This document shows positions 9,972 through 18,347 of a stretch of 64,000 nucleotides of DNA, piece after piece. The DNA lies in the NCBI GenBank assembly GCA_944327085.1, contig CALVGG010000003.1:134688-198687 (forward strand), in the 5' to 3' direction. The notes under the pieces are model-generated. The model worked only from the letters and a program-made list of their open reading frames with translations, ran no database searches and was not told the origin of the DNA. Within the stretch, counting starts at the first letter, position 1. The number at the start of each line of letters is the position of its first letter. A program made the position numbers and the translations under genes. This stretch comes from an uncultured Elusimicrobiales bacterium. Its GTDB lineage: Bacteria > Elusimicrobiota > Elusimicrobia > Elusimicrobiales > Elusimicrobiaceae.

Positions 9972-11231
9972 TTATACTTTTTTGCTCAAGCGGTTTTTGC
10001 GCGCTTTCCGCCATACCCACCGCCGCCAGCCGTCCTTTGCGGCGGCCGCGCATAATACCCCAAACAAAACCAGTACGGCAAAACGGCAAACCAGCGTTTC
10101 CCCAAACAAGGCCACCTGGCCCGTGTACCAGCTTTTGGGCAAGCCAAACAACCATATAGGAAGCCAAATAGTTAAAAACAAAACAAAGCAAAACCAGTCC
10201 AGCCCGCTTTTTTTACCGGGCTGATCCACGAGCAGCAAAAACGCCGGGAAAAGTAAAATTAAGGAATAAAAACCGCTCATTTGCGCAACCAACACCATCA
10301 AACAACCGGCCAGCGCCCAAACCCGCCAGGTTTTGGCGCTTAACCACGCGGCCAAGGCACCCGCCGCCAATATAATATAGGAAACAGACTGAATAGCCGC
10401 TTGCTTGGCCGCCGCCCCCAACCAAAAACAAACCAGCATAAAGGTATTGGCAGCGCTTAATTCATAACCAAACCCGTTAAAACGCCGCACATAATTTAAA
10501 TGGATTTGCATATTGTTCCATAACCGGCGGTATACAGCCTGCGGGCCCCCGTATAAAAACGCCGGAAGCAGCAGTAGCGCGGCCGTATAAACACCCAGCA
10601 GGAGAATATCCTTCCAGCGTTTTTCTTTTACCAAAACAATCCCTAGCGCCAAAGGATACAGCTTGCACGCCCCCGCCGCGGCCAAACACATTAAGGCCAG
10701 TTGCCGCACCCAGGGGCGGGGGCTGTCCTTCCCCCGCAAAAAAAGCAGGATAAGTATCAAAACGGGAAAAATAAAATTGGCCCGTTCAAACTGAAACAAA
10801 AACGGGGCGGAAAATAATATGGCGGACAAAAATAAAATCCTTTCTGCGCGGGCGCCTTTTTTTAAACGCAGTACCAGCCAACTAAACAAAAATATGCCTG
10901 CCGCCTGATACAATACGTATAAGGCTGTACCCTGCCAGCTGGAGCGCAAGGCGGCGGCGCCCCCCTCCCACGCAAAGCCGGGAAGCCAAGAGCTGACTGC
11001 GTCATAAAATGCCATGGGCAGCGGCGGATATAAAGTAGCCGCACCGGATAAAGCGGAATAGACGGAGTTAAAAAAATCCATACCTATATCCCACTTATTT
11101 CCGTAAAACAAATAATAAGGGTCTAAACAGCCAAGCAGGCAGCCTGTCCAAGCAAACAGTGCCCCCGCCAGCACGGCTACAACAAACACACACGCCATTT
11201 TATGGTTTTTCATTTGCTTTATCATAAGCAT
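9972..11231 (-). CDS. Polytopic integral membrane protein, possibly a GT-C/DUF2029-type glycosyltransferase
   Basis: About 419 aa with many hydrophobic helices. The family assignment is from overall look only and the start codon is uncertain (several Met in the first 12 codons). Confidence 0.45.
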   Translation of the reverse strand: MLMIKQMKNHKMACVFVVAVLAGALFAWTGCLLGCLDPYYLFYGNKWDIGMDFFNSVYSALSGAATLYPPLPMAFYDAVSSWLPGFAWEGGAAALRSSWQGTALYVLYQAAGIFLFSWLVLRLKKGARAERILFLSAILFSAPFLFQFERANFIFPVLILILLFLRGKDSPRPWVRQLALMCLAAAGACKLYPLALGIVLVKEKRWKDILLLGVYTAALLLLPAFLYGGPQAVYRRLWNNMQIHLNYVRRFNGFGYELSAANTFMLVCFWLGAAAKQAAIQSVSYIILAAGALAAWLSAKTWRVWALAGCLMVLVAQMSGFYSLILLFPAFLLLVDQPGKKSGLDWFCFVLFLTIWLPIWLFGLPKSWYTGQVALFGETLVCRFAVLVLFGVLCAAAAKDGWRRWVWRKARKNRLSKKV

Positions 11232-11301
11232 TATTTACGCCAACAGAACAAATAACCTTTGCATTTATATTTTATAAAACTTGTTGCGGCGCACAATTTA
11301 C

Positions 11302-11307
11302 TATAAT
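11302..11307 (+). promoter_or_regulatory. Candidate -10 element (TATAAT) for the DMT transporter-thrC unit
   Basis: Perfect TATAAT 25 nt upstream of the ATG at 11332, with a GGAGG RBS between them. The -35 is weak (TTGTTG with a short spacer). Confidence 0.35.
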
Positions 11308-11331
11308 GTCTTTTACGGAGGTTTTAAATCA

Positions 11332-12228
11332 ATGAGTTACTTGCTAGCATTTTGTTTGGCCCTTTGCTGGGGCACCGCATTTTTGGCTTCCAAAAACATG
11401 GTGGAAGCTCTGCCGCCGTACTGGAGCACGTTTTTCCGCGTGGCGGCCGGTTTGGCTTTTTTTATTGTGCTGTACGGCGTACAGCGCAAAAACTTAAAAA
11501 TCAACCCGCGTGAATTATGGCGCCCGTGGGTCATTGGGTTTTTGCTTATTTTGTTCCCGTTTGCGGCCATTTCCTGGGGGCAGCGGTTTGTGGCTCCTAC
11601 CATCGGCGGTATTTTTAACGGCACGGTGCCGATATGGTCTTTCATAGCCGGGGCCATTATTTTAAAAGGAGAGGACCGCTTTACCTGGCGCCGCGCACTG
11701 GGGGTAACCATTGGTATGGCGGGGCTGCTGATTATTATGTGGCCTTCGCTTACGCTTTCCTTAAACGGCAGCGACAAAATGGCCCTCTACGGCTGTTTTG
11801 CGTTTTTACTTATGGCATGGTCCTACAGTTTGGGCAACGTGCTGACCAAACGGATTATGGTGGATAACACTTCCGTCACGCACGAAGCAAACACCTTCCA
11901 CCAATATTTATTTTCCGCCATTGTGCTGGTAATTGTGGCCGCGTTGGCGGAGCCGTTCCCGCCGGCCTCAGCATTTAGCTTAAAAGTGGTGTTATCCATT
12001 TTAAGCGCGGGTATCTTTTCTTCCGCGGTGGCGTTCCTGTTAATGGTAGCCTTAATTAAACGCTGGGGTGCCACGCGTATGGCGTCCGTAACGTATTTTA
12101 CGCCGGTGGTGGCTATGGCCAGTGACATTATTGCCCGCGGGCGCATGCCGTCTTGTATGGAAATTATCGGCCTGGCTATTATTTTTGTCAGCTTGTTCTT
12201 AATACAAAAACCGGTGGACGCGAAATAA
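11332..12228 (+). CDS. EamA/DMT-family transporter
   Basis: About ten hydrophobic helices in two similar halves. The ATG at 11332 follows GGAGG. Confidence 0.75.
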   Translation: MSYLLAFCLALCWGTAFLASKNMVEALPPYWSTFFRVAAGLAFFIVLYGVQRKNLKINPRELWRPWVIGFLLILFPFAAISWGQRFVAPTIGGIFNGTVPIWSFIAGAIILKGEDRFTWRRALGVTIGMAGLLIIMWPSLTLSLNGSDKMALYGCFAFLLMAWSYSLGNVLTKRIMVDNTSVTHEANTFHQYLFSAIVLVIVAALAEPFPPASAFSLKVVLSILSAGIFSSAVAFLLMVALIKRWGATRMASVTYFTPVVAMASDIIARGRMPSCMEIIGLAIIFVSLFLIQKPVDAK

Positions 12229-12237
12229 ATTAACCGT

Positions 12238-13476
12238 ATGAAAAAAATTCTAAACCTGCAATGTATTAACTGCGGCAAAGAACACAAAACCAGCGAGACG
12301 GACTTTGTCTGTACCGCCTGTGGCGGAAACTTGGAAGTAAATTATGACTATAAATTAATTTCCAAACGCTTCAGCATCGGCAAATTAAAAGACAACCGGG
12401 AATACAATATGTGGCGCTATATGGACCTTTTGCCTATAGACGACCACGACAAAGTGCCCAACGTACACGTAGGGTGGACGCCGCTGTACCGCTGCAAAAA
12501 GCTGGCCAAAGAGCTGCACATTTCCAACCTGTTTATTAAAGACGAAGGGCGCAACCCCACCGGGTCTATTAAAGACCGCGGCAGCGCCGTAGCCGTGGCC
12601 CGCGCCGTGGAGCTGGACAAAGAAATCATTGCAGACGCTTCCACCGGCAACGCCAGTGACTCCCTGGCCTGCCTGACCGCCAGCCTGCCCATGAAAAGCG
12701 TTATTTTTGCCCCCACCTCCGTACCGGAACCAAAACTGGTGCAGCTGCTGGTATACGGGGCGGAAGTAATTGCCGTGGAAGGCTCCTATGACGAAGCCTT
12801 TGAACTGTGCAAACAAACCGTGGAACAATACGGCTGGTATTCCCGCGCGGCCGGCTTCAACCCCTACACCCGCGAAGGCAAAAAAACTTGTGCATTTGAA
12901 ATTTGCGAACAGCTGGAATGGGAAGCCCCGGACAAAGTAATTGTAGCCGTTGGAGACGGCACCATTCTGTGCGGATTATGGAAAGGATTTGTGGATTTTG
13001 CCAAACTGGGTATTATTGAATCCATGCCGCAAATGATTGCCGTGCAGGCCCAAGGCAGCGCCGCCATAAAAGAAGCTTTTGACGAAAAGCGCGAGGTGTG
13101 CTCCGTTAAAGCCCATACGGTGGCGGACAGCATTTTGGTAAACTACCCGCGTGACGCGGCCCTGGCCATGCAGGCGCTGGAAGAATCCCACGGGTTTGCC
13201 GTATCGGTAACGGATGAGGAAATCATCGCCGCCATACCGGAACTGGCCCGCAAGGCCAACATCTTTGCCGAGCCGGCCGGCGCCGCCACTTACGCGGCGC
13301 TTAAAAAGCTGGTGGCGGAAGGGAAAATAGAGCATGACGAATCCGTCTGCCTGATCATTGGCGGAAACGGATTAAAGGATACGGACTCCGCCCTAAAAGC
13401 CGTTAAAACGGCGGATGTTATCCCCGCCAATATGAACGCCGTGCGCGAAGAATTAAAAAAGAAAGGGCTTATTTAA
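12238..13476 (+). CDS. thrC: Threonine synthase with an N-terminal zinc-ribbon
   Basis: CINCGK...CTACGG ribbon, PLP-lysine context NPTGSIKDRG, and 412 aa in length. Confidence 0.85.
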   Translation: MKKILNLQCINCGKEHKTSETDFVCTACGGNLEVNYDYKLISKRFSIGKLKDNREYNMWRYMDLLPIDDHDKVPNVHVGWTPLYRCKKLAKELHISNLFIKDEGRNPTGSIKDRGSAVAVARAVELDKEIIADASTGNASDSLACLTASLPMKSVIFAPTSVPEPKLVQLLVYGAEVIAVEGSYDEAFELCKQTVEQYGWYSRAAGFNPYTREGKKTCAFEICEQLEWEAPDKVIVAVGDGTILCGLWKGFVDFAKLGIIESMPQMIAVQAQGSAAIKEAFDEKREVCSVKAHTVADSILVNYPRDAALAMQALEESHGFAVSVTDEEIIAAIPELARKANIFAEPAGAATYAALKKLVAEGKIEHDESVCLIIGGNGLKDTDSALKAVKTADVIPANMNAVREELKKKGLI

Positions 13477-13495
13477 CCTTGCTTTTTAACCAAAA

Positions 13496-13525
13496 CCCCG
13501 GGCTAAACACCCGGGGTTTTGTTTT
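13496..13525 (+). terminator. Intrinsic terminator after thrC
   Basis: CCCCGGG / CCCGGGG stem, CTAAACA loop, then TTTTGTTTT. Confidence 0.8.
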
Positions 13526-13530
13526 GGCAG

Positions 13531-13561
13531 ATAAAATAAAAACCCGCTCTTTCAAAGCGGG
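13531..13561 (-). terminator. Intrinsic terminator after the small minus-strand gene
   Basis: CCCGCT / AGCGGG stem. On the minus strand it is followed by TTTTTATTTTAT. Confidence 0.7.
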
Positions 13562-13570
13562 TTGTGCGTT

Positions 13571-13789
13571 TTATTCAAATTCGCTGATAGGGCAAATGCC
13601 GGCCTCGTTATCACAGGCGGTGGCCGCTTGCGGCTGCTCGGCCGCGGGGCGCACGCCCTGCATTTGTTTAAGCGTGTGAGACTGTGTTTTTTGAAACATA
13701 GCCTGCACCTGCACCAATACAAACAACAGCACCGCACCGGCCGCCAAGACGATTACGGCCCCTATCCAGCTTAAACCTTTTTTATTCAT
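13571..13789 (-). CDS. Small (72 aa) single-pass membrane or secreted protein with a C-terminal Cys pair
   Basis: MNKKGLSWIGAVIVLAAGAVLLFVLV... then ...ATACDNEAGICPISEFE. It is monocistronic, with its own terminator and an AT-rich upstream region. No family recognised. Confidence 0.45.
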   Translation of the reverse strand: MNKKGLSWIGAVIVLAAGAVLLFVLVQVQAMFQKTQSHTLKQMQGVRPAAEQPQAATACDNEAGICPISEFE

Positions 13790-13889
13790 TATTTTATTGT
13801 AACAAAAAACCATTTTTACGCACAAAAACCAGCCTTGAAAAAATTTTAAAAATTTTATTTTAAAAAAAGCCGTTTTTCCGCCTAATAAA

Positions 13890-13898
13890 TGCTACAAT
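13890..13898 (+). promoter_or_regulatory. Extended -10 promoter (TGCTACAAT) for the DUF4912-GH57 operon
   Basis: TGn plus TACAAT lies 64 nt upstream of the ATG at 13962 in an AT-rich divergent region. No good -35. Confidence 0.5.
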
Positions 13899-13961
13899 AT
13901 AATGGCTAAAGAATATCATGCTTTTTTATTGTTTTTATTCTTAAAAGGGTGAGGTAACAAC

Positions 13962-14834
13962 ATGACACAAAATTTATCGTCTTCCGCGTTGGTAAAACCC
14001 GCGGTAAAAGACGCACAGGCAGAAGCCGATATCCCGGCTTCCTACGGCAAAACGGAAAGCTACCTTTTGCCGAAAGACCCGGCGTGGCTCTTTCTGTTTT
14101 GGGAAATTACCGCTGCTACCATTGAATGCATTAAAAGCCAATACAGCGCCGACGTATTAAACGCCGCTAAAACCATTATCCGTTTGTATGACGTAACCGG
14201 CATCAACTACTTTGACGGCACCAACGCCGTGCAATTTTATGATATGCCCGTTATTTTTGAAGCCCGCAGCTGGTACATCAACGCGCCGGCCACCGGCCGC
14301 AGCTACGTTGCGGACCTGGGCTACTTAACCTCGGACGGCCGCTTTATTTTGGTGGCCCGCAGCAACCAAACCCTGCTGCCGCCGGGTAAAATATCGGATA
14401 TTATTGACGATAAATGGATGATTGTGGAAGGGGACTTCCAAAAATTATTAAAACTTTCCGGTGCCGATTATATTGGCCTGGGCGCCAGCGAGCTGATGCA
14501 AGTAATCGGCCAACGCTGGAAACTGACCCAGCTGCCTTCTTCCGGCACGCCTACTTCTTGGTCTTCCTTTGCTTTGCATTTGGAAAAGCCCAAACAGGCG
14601 GATGAAGACATTTGGCTGAAAGCGGATTGTGAAATTATTATTTACGGTTCCGCCTCTAAAAATGCCACGGTGTCCATCAACGGTCAAATTATTGAATTAA
14701 AAGAAGGCAAATTTTCTATCCGCCAGCACCTGCCCGCCGGCAGCGTGGTGGACTTACCCATTAAAGCCCAAAATGCAAAAGGGGATAAAGTCCGCCAAAT
14801 TAACATAAAAGCGCTTCGCGAACAGGGGAAATAA
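13962..14834 (+). CDS. DUF4912-like protein
   Basis: The N-terminal pattern IPASYGKTESYLLPKDPAWLFLFWEI matches my recollection of DUF4912. It is tightly coupled to the GH57 gene (stop at 14834, ATG at 14836). Confidence 0.6.
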   Translation: MTQNLSSSALVKPAVKDAQAEADIPASYGKTESYLLPKDPAWLFLFWEITAATIECIKSQYSADVLNAAKTIIRLYDVTGINYFDGTNAVQFYDMPVIFEARSWYINAPATGRSYVADLGYLTSDGRFILVARSNQTLLPPGKISDIIDDKWMIVEGDFQKLLKLSGADYIGLGASELMQVIGQRWKLTQLPSSGTPTSWSSFALHLEKPKQADEDIWLKADCEIIIYGSASKNATVSINGQIIELKEGKFSIRQHLPAGSVVDLPIKAQNAKGDKVRQINIKALREQGK

Positions 14835-14835
14835 C

Positions 14836-16461
14836 ATGGCTGAAGAAAAAGGCTACCTAGCACTGGTATTACACGCACATTTGCCGTTTATCAAACACCC
14901 CGAATACCCGGATTTCTTGGAAGAAGACTGGTTTTATGAAGCCATGGTGGAAACCTACCTGCCGCTTCTAAACGTGTTTGAAAACTTAACCAACGAGGGG
15001 ACGGACTTCCGGCTTACCATGTCCCTCACGCCGCCGTTGTGCAATATGATGTCGGACCCGCTGTTAATTGAACGGTTCCGCCATTATTTAAACCAGCGGG
15101 TGGAACTTTCCGGCAAGGAAATTGAACGCACCCGCGGGACGGAATTTGAAGCCGTTGCCAAGATGTATTACGACAAATTCCGCCGCTATCAGGATTTGTT
15201 TGAAAACCGCTACCACTGCCACATTTTGGAAGGATTTAAAAAATTCCAGGATATGGGCAAGCTGGAAATCATCACCTGCTGCGCCACCCACGGCTATTTG
15301 CCGCTGATGGTGCACAAAGAAAGCGTAAACGCTCAAATTAAAATTGCCGTTAACGACTACCGCAGCCGCTTTGGCCGCAGCCCGCGCGGCATTTGGCTGG
15401 CCGAATGCGCCTACAACCCGGGGGACGATAAATTCCTGCGTGATGAAGGCATCCGCTTTTTCTTTACCGAATCTCACGGCGTTTTGCACGGCACACCGCG
15501 CCCCAAATACGGCATTTACGCGCCGGTATACTGCCCGCAAACGGGCGTGGCCGCCTTTGCGCGTGATATGGAATCTGCCCAACAGGTGTGGAGCGCCGAA
15601 TCCGGCTACCCCGGAGACCCCCGCTACCGCGAATTCTACCGTGATTTAGGGTATGACTTGGATTACGACTACATCAAACCCTATTTACATAGCGACGGCG
15701 TACGCCGCAACATCGGCATGAAATACTATAAAATTACCGGCAAAGTACCGCTGAACCAAAAACAGCCTTACAACCCGCACGAAGCGCGCGAAGTGGCCGC
15801 CGTGCATGCCGGCAACTTTATGTTCAACCGCCAGAAACAAATTGAATATTTAAGCACCTTGCTGGACCGCAAACCCCTGGTGGTTTCCATGTACGATGCG
15901 GAACTGTACGGCCACTGGTGGTATGAAGGGATTGATTTCCTGGAATATCTTTTCAAAAAGATTTATTACGACCAGAGCGACATCAAACTCATCACGCCCA
16001 GCGAATACCTGGAAAAATACCCCGTTAACCAAACGGTGCAGCCTTCCATGTCCTCCTGGGGGGATAAAGGCTACCACGACGTGTGGCTCAACAGCGGTAA
16101 CGACTGGATTTACCGCCACTTAATTAAAGCGGCCGAACGCATGATGGAAATGGCAAACCAGTTTCCCCATGCAGACGGGCTGCTGCGCCGCGCGCTGAAC
16201 CAGCTGGCACGGGAACTGCTGCTTATGCAATCTTCCGACTGGGCCTTCCTGATGACCACCGGTACCGCCAAGGAATATTCCACCAAGCGTACCAAGGACC
16301 ATATAAAACGTTTCAACGAATTATATGAGCAAATCAAAGGCAACCGCATTAACGAGGCGTATGTGTATGATTTGGAACAGAAAGACTCTATCTTCCAACA
16401 GATAGACTACAACGTCTATTCCAGCGCCGCAAAAGATGCGGTACTAAAAAAATACCAATAA
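14836..16461 (+). CDS. Glycoside hydrolase family 57 enzyme, probable 1,4-alpha-glucan branching enzyme
   Basis: LVLHAHLPFI N-terminus, GIWLAECAY (nucleophile Glu context) and SSDWAF. The length of about 540 aa is typical of GH57 branching enzymes. Confidence 0.85.
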   Translation: MAEEKGYLALVLHAHLPFIKHPEYPDFLEEDWFYEAMVETYLPLLNVFENLTNEGTDFRLTMSLTPPLCNMMSDPLLIERFRHYLNQRVELSGKEIERTRGTEFEAVAKMYYDKFRRYQDLFENRYHCHILEGFKKFQDMGKLEIITCCATHGYLPLMVHKESVNAQIKIAVNDYRSRFGRSPRGIWLAECAYNPGDDKFLRDEGIRFFFTESHGVLHGTPRPKYGIYAPVYCPQTGVAAFARDMESAQQVWSAESGYPGDPRYREFYRDLGYDLDYDYIKPYLHSDGVRRNIGMKYYKITGKVPLNQKQPYNPHEAREVAAVHAGNFMFNRQKQIEYLSTLLDRKPLVVSMYDAELYGHWWYEGIDFLEYLFKKIYYDQSDIKLITPSEYLEKYPVNQTVQPSMSSWGDKGYHDVWLNSGNDWIYRHLIKAAERMMEMANQFPHADGLLRRALNQLARELLLMQSSDWAFLMTTGTAKEYSTKRTKDHIKRFNELYEQIKGNRINEAYVYDLEQKDSIFQQIDYNVYSSAAKDAVLKKYQ

Positions 16462-16482
16462 ATCATTAACTAACCACAAAAA

Positions 16483-16508
16483 CCGCGCATACACTGCGCG
16501 GTTTTTTT
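16483..16508 (+). terminator. Intrinsic terminator after the GH57 gene
   Basis: CCGCGCA / TGCGCGG stem, TACAC loop, then TTTTTTT. Confidence 0.85.
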
Positions 16509-16520
16509 ATTTTTTCACAG

Positions 16521-16556
16521 TTAGGCCCAAAGGCCCAACCGCAATTAGGCCTAAAG
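16521..16556 (+). repeat. Direct repeat TTAGGCC(C/T)AAAG x2, candidate operator
   Basis: The copies at 16521..16532 and 16545..16556 are 11/12 identical with 24-nt spacing. They lie between a terminator and the 16596 start. Confidence 0.5.
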
Positions 16557-16595
16557 ACACTGGCACCCAAACTTTGTGTTTATTAAACTAAAGGT

Positions 16596-17735
16596 ATGAA
16601 GAAAATTACCCTGTGTTTAACCCTTATTTTAAGCGTCTGCTGTGCGTTTTGCTCCACCGGCCCCGGCGGCAAACAAGCCTTGCGCCGTGTAGCCAAAGAA
16701 GCTTCTTCCACCCAAAAAGCCCCTGTTTCTGCTATAAAAAAATTAGGGAAAGCCGGCAAAGAAGCCACCCGCCTTTATTCCCCCGCCAATTACCGTCATA
16801 TGGGCGAAAAGTTGGAGGTGGTGATGTCTCAATCCTCTTTTAAACAATTATTAAACCGCCGCCAGGCCTACCAGCACGAAATTAATGCCATGGCAGAAAT
16901 TTTGCCGCGCATTATTGCCCTGCAGGCAAGCCCGGCCCCGTCTGAGCTGGCTTGGGCGGAACTGTTAATTAAAGACTTGGTGATTAATAAAACCCTGTCC
17001 TCCTCCCTGCTGCAACTGCTGGAAAACAAAGAATATGCCCAGCTGGCCAAGGAAATATCGGATTATTACGCCATACCGTTGGATAGGGATTTGGCCTCCC
17101 TTTCCCACAGAAACCTGCGGGAAACCGTTGTAAACAGCGCATTAAGCTATGCACAAACCCACCCGCATAAACCCAATTTGCCGTTAAGGGAATTATTAAA
17201 ATCCTGGAAGGTAACCGCCCGCACCAAAGAACACTTGCGTAAATTTTTGGCCGTACCGGAATTACTGCACAACAACCCGGAAGAATTTAAAAAATTTGTG
17301 CGTGACGCTTATAACCAGCATCAAAAAGGCTTGCGTCAATCCGTCAACGCACCGGAAGTAAAAGCCACCATACGCACCTATACTTTAGCGTTGCAGGACC
17401 TGAAAGCATTTGTAGCCAAACACCACCGCCAGCCGATGTGGAACTCCCCCATCAAAGAACGGCGCCTGTATAATACCCTGCAGCTTATTTTAACCCGTAA
17501 CACCACAAACACGTTTTATGAAACCGAAACCATCAAACGCCAGTTACGGGAAGTGCTTTCCCAATATCCAAACCGGCCGTTTTATGAATTTCAAAAAGAC
17601 TTTCAGGATTTTTATGCCAAGCATAAAAGGCTGCCGCAATCCCTGCAGGAACGCCCTTCCGCCAGTTTGCACGAACGCATGCTGTATGACGAAATGGTAC
17701 GGTACATGACGGAAGGCATGTTTCATTTACCCTAA
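16596..17735 (+). CDS. Secreted or lipoprotein-like all-helical protein of unknown function with internal repeats
   Basis: Signal peptide MKKITLCLTLILSVCCAFCS. Two C-terminal repeats: FVAKHHRQPMW...ERRLYNTL and FYAKHKRLPQS...HERMLYDEM. Confidence 0.6.
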   Translation: MKKITLCLTLILSVCCAFCSTGPGGKQALRRVAKEASSTQKAPVSAIKKLGKAGKEATRLYSPANYRHMGEKLEVVMSQSSFKQLLNRRQAYQHEINAMAEILPRIIALQASPAPSELAWAELLIKDLVINKTLSSSLLQLLENKEYAQLAKEISDYYAIPLDRDLASLSHRNLRETVVNSALSYAQTHPHKPNLPLRELLKSWKVTARTKEHLRKFLAVPELLHNNPEEFKKFVRDAYNQHQKGLRQSVNAPEVKATIRTYTLALQDLKAFVAKHHRQPMWNSPIKERRLYNTLQLILTRNTTNTFYETETIKRQLREVLSQYPNRPFYEFQKDFQDFYAKHKRLPQSLQERPSASLHERMLYDEMVRYMTEGMFHLP

Positions 17736-17742
17736 TAACAAA

Positions 17743-17768
17743 CACGGGCTGCTTAAAAGCAGCCCGTG
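17743..17768. terminator. 10-bp hairpin between convergent genes (16596 gene and greA)
   Basis: CACGGGCTGC / GCAGCCCGTG with a TTAAAA loop. There is no clear U-tract on either side. Confidence 0.5.
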
Positions 17769-17790
17769 TGCAATTACATTCTCAAAAAAC

Positions 17791-18261
17791 TTATTTGTAT
17801 TCCAGTTTAACCAGTTTGTATTTCTTGGGCCCGCGCGGAAGAATGGCCTCAAATTCTTCCCCTTCTTTTTTGCCCAAAACACCGCTGGCTAACGGAGATT
17901 TAACGGACAGAAGGCCCTTGTCCGGGTTGGACTCCATAGACCCTACCAACGTATAGGTAAATTCTATATCTGCGGCCAAATCTTTAATGGTTACCGTGGC
18001 CCCAATGCGCGCTTCGCTATGGTCAACGGCCAAATCATCGGTAATTTCGGCATTGCGCAGTTTCATTTCCAAATCGTCTATGCGGCGCAGTGTTTCGGCC
18101 TGTTTTTCTTTAGCGGCGTGATATTCCGCATTTTCTTTTAAATCCCCCTGGGCTGCGGCAGCGCCAATCTCTTCAGAAAGCTGTGCCTTCTGTTCTTTTA
18201 AGGCCTTTACCTCTTTTACTAAATCTTCATATTTTTTGCGGCTAACGTAAAACTTTTCCAT
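17791..18261 (-). CDS. greA: Transcription elongation factor GreA
   Basis: 156 aa, with an N-terminal coiled coil (...LKENAEYHAAKEKQ...) and a C-terminal FKBP-like domain. Confidence 0.9.
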   Translation of the reverse strand: MEKFYVSRKKYEDLVKEVKALKEQKAQLSEEIGAAAAQGDLKENAEYHAAKEKQAETLRRIDDLEMKLRNAEITDDLAVDHSEARIGATVTIKDLAADIEFTYTLVGSMESNPDKGLLSVKSPLASGVLGKKEGEEFEAILPRGPKKYKLVKLEYK

Positions 18262-18347
18262 ATAACACTCCTATTAATTAAAAGTGTACAATTTATGCCT
18301 TGTCTTTTCAACCGCGCCGCTGGCCAAAATTTATTATAATCGGTAAT

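Noticed and set aside
9955-9976. A TATAAT-like element (ATTATA on the plus strand, 9971..9976) and an AT-rich near-palindrome upstream of znuA, considered as a promoter with a Zur-type operator.
   Set aside because: A transcript from this -10 would start inside or after the AAGGAC ribosome-binding site. The palindrome is weak and does not match the Zur-box consensus sequences I know.
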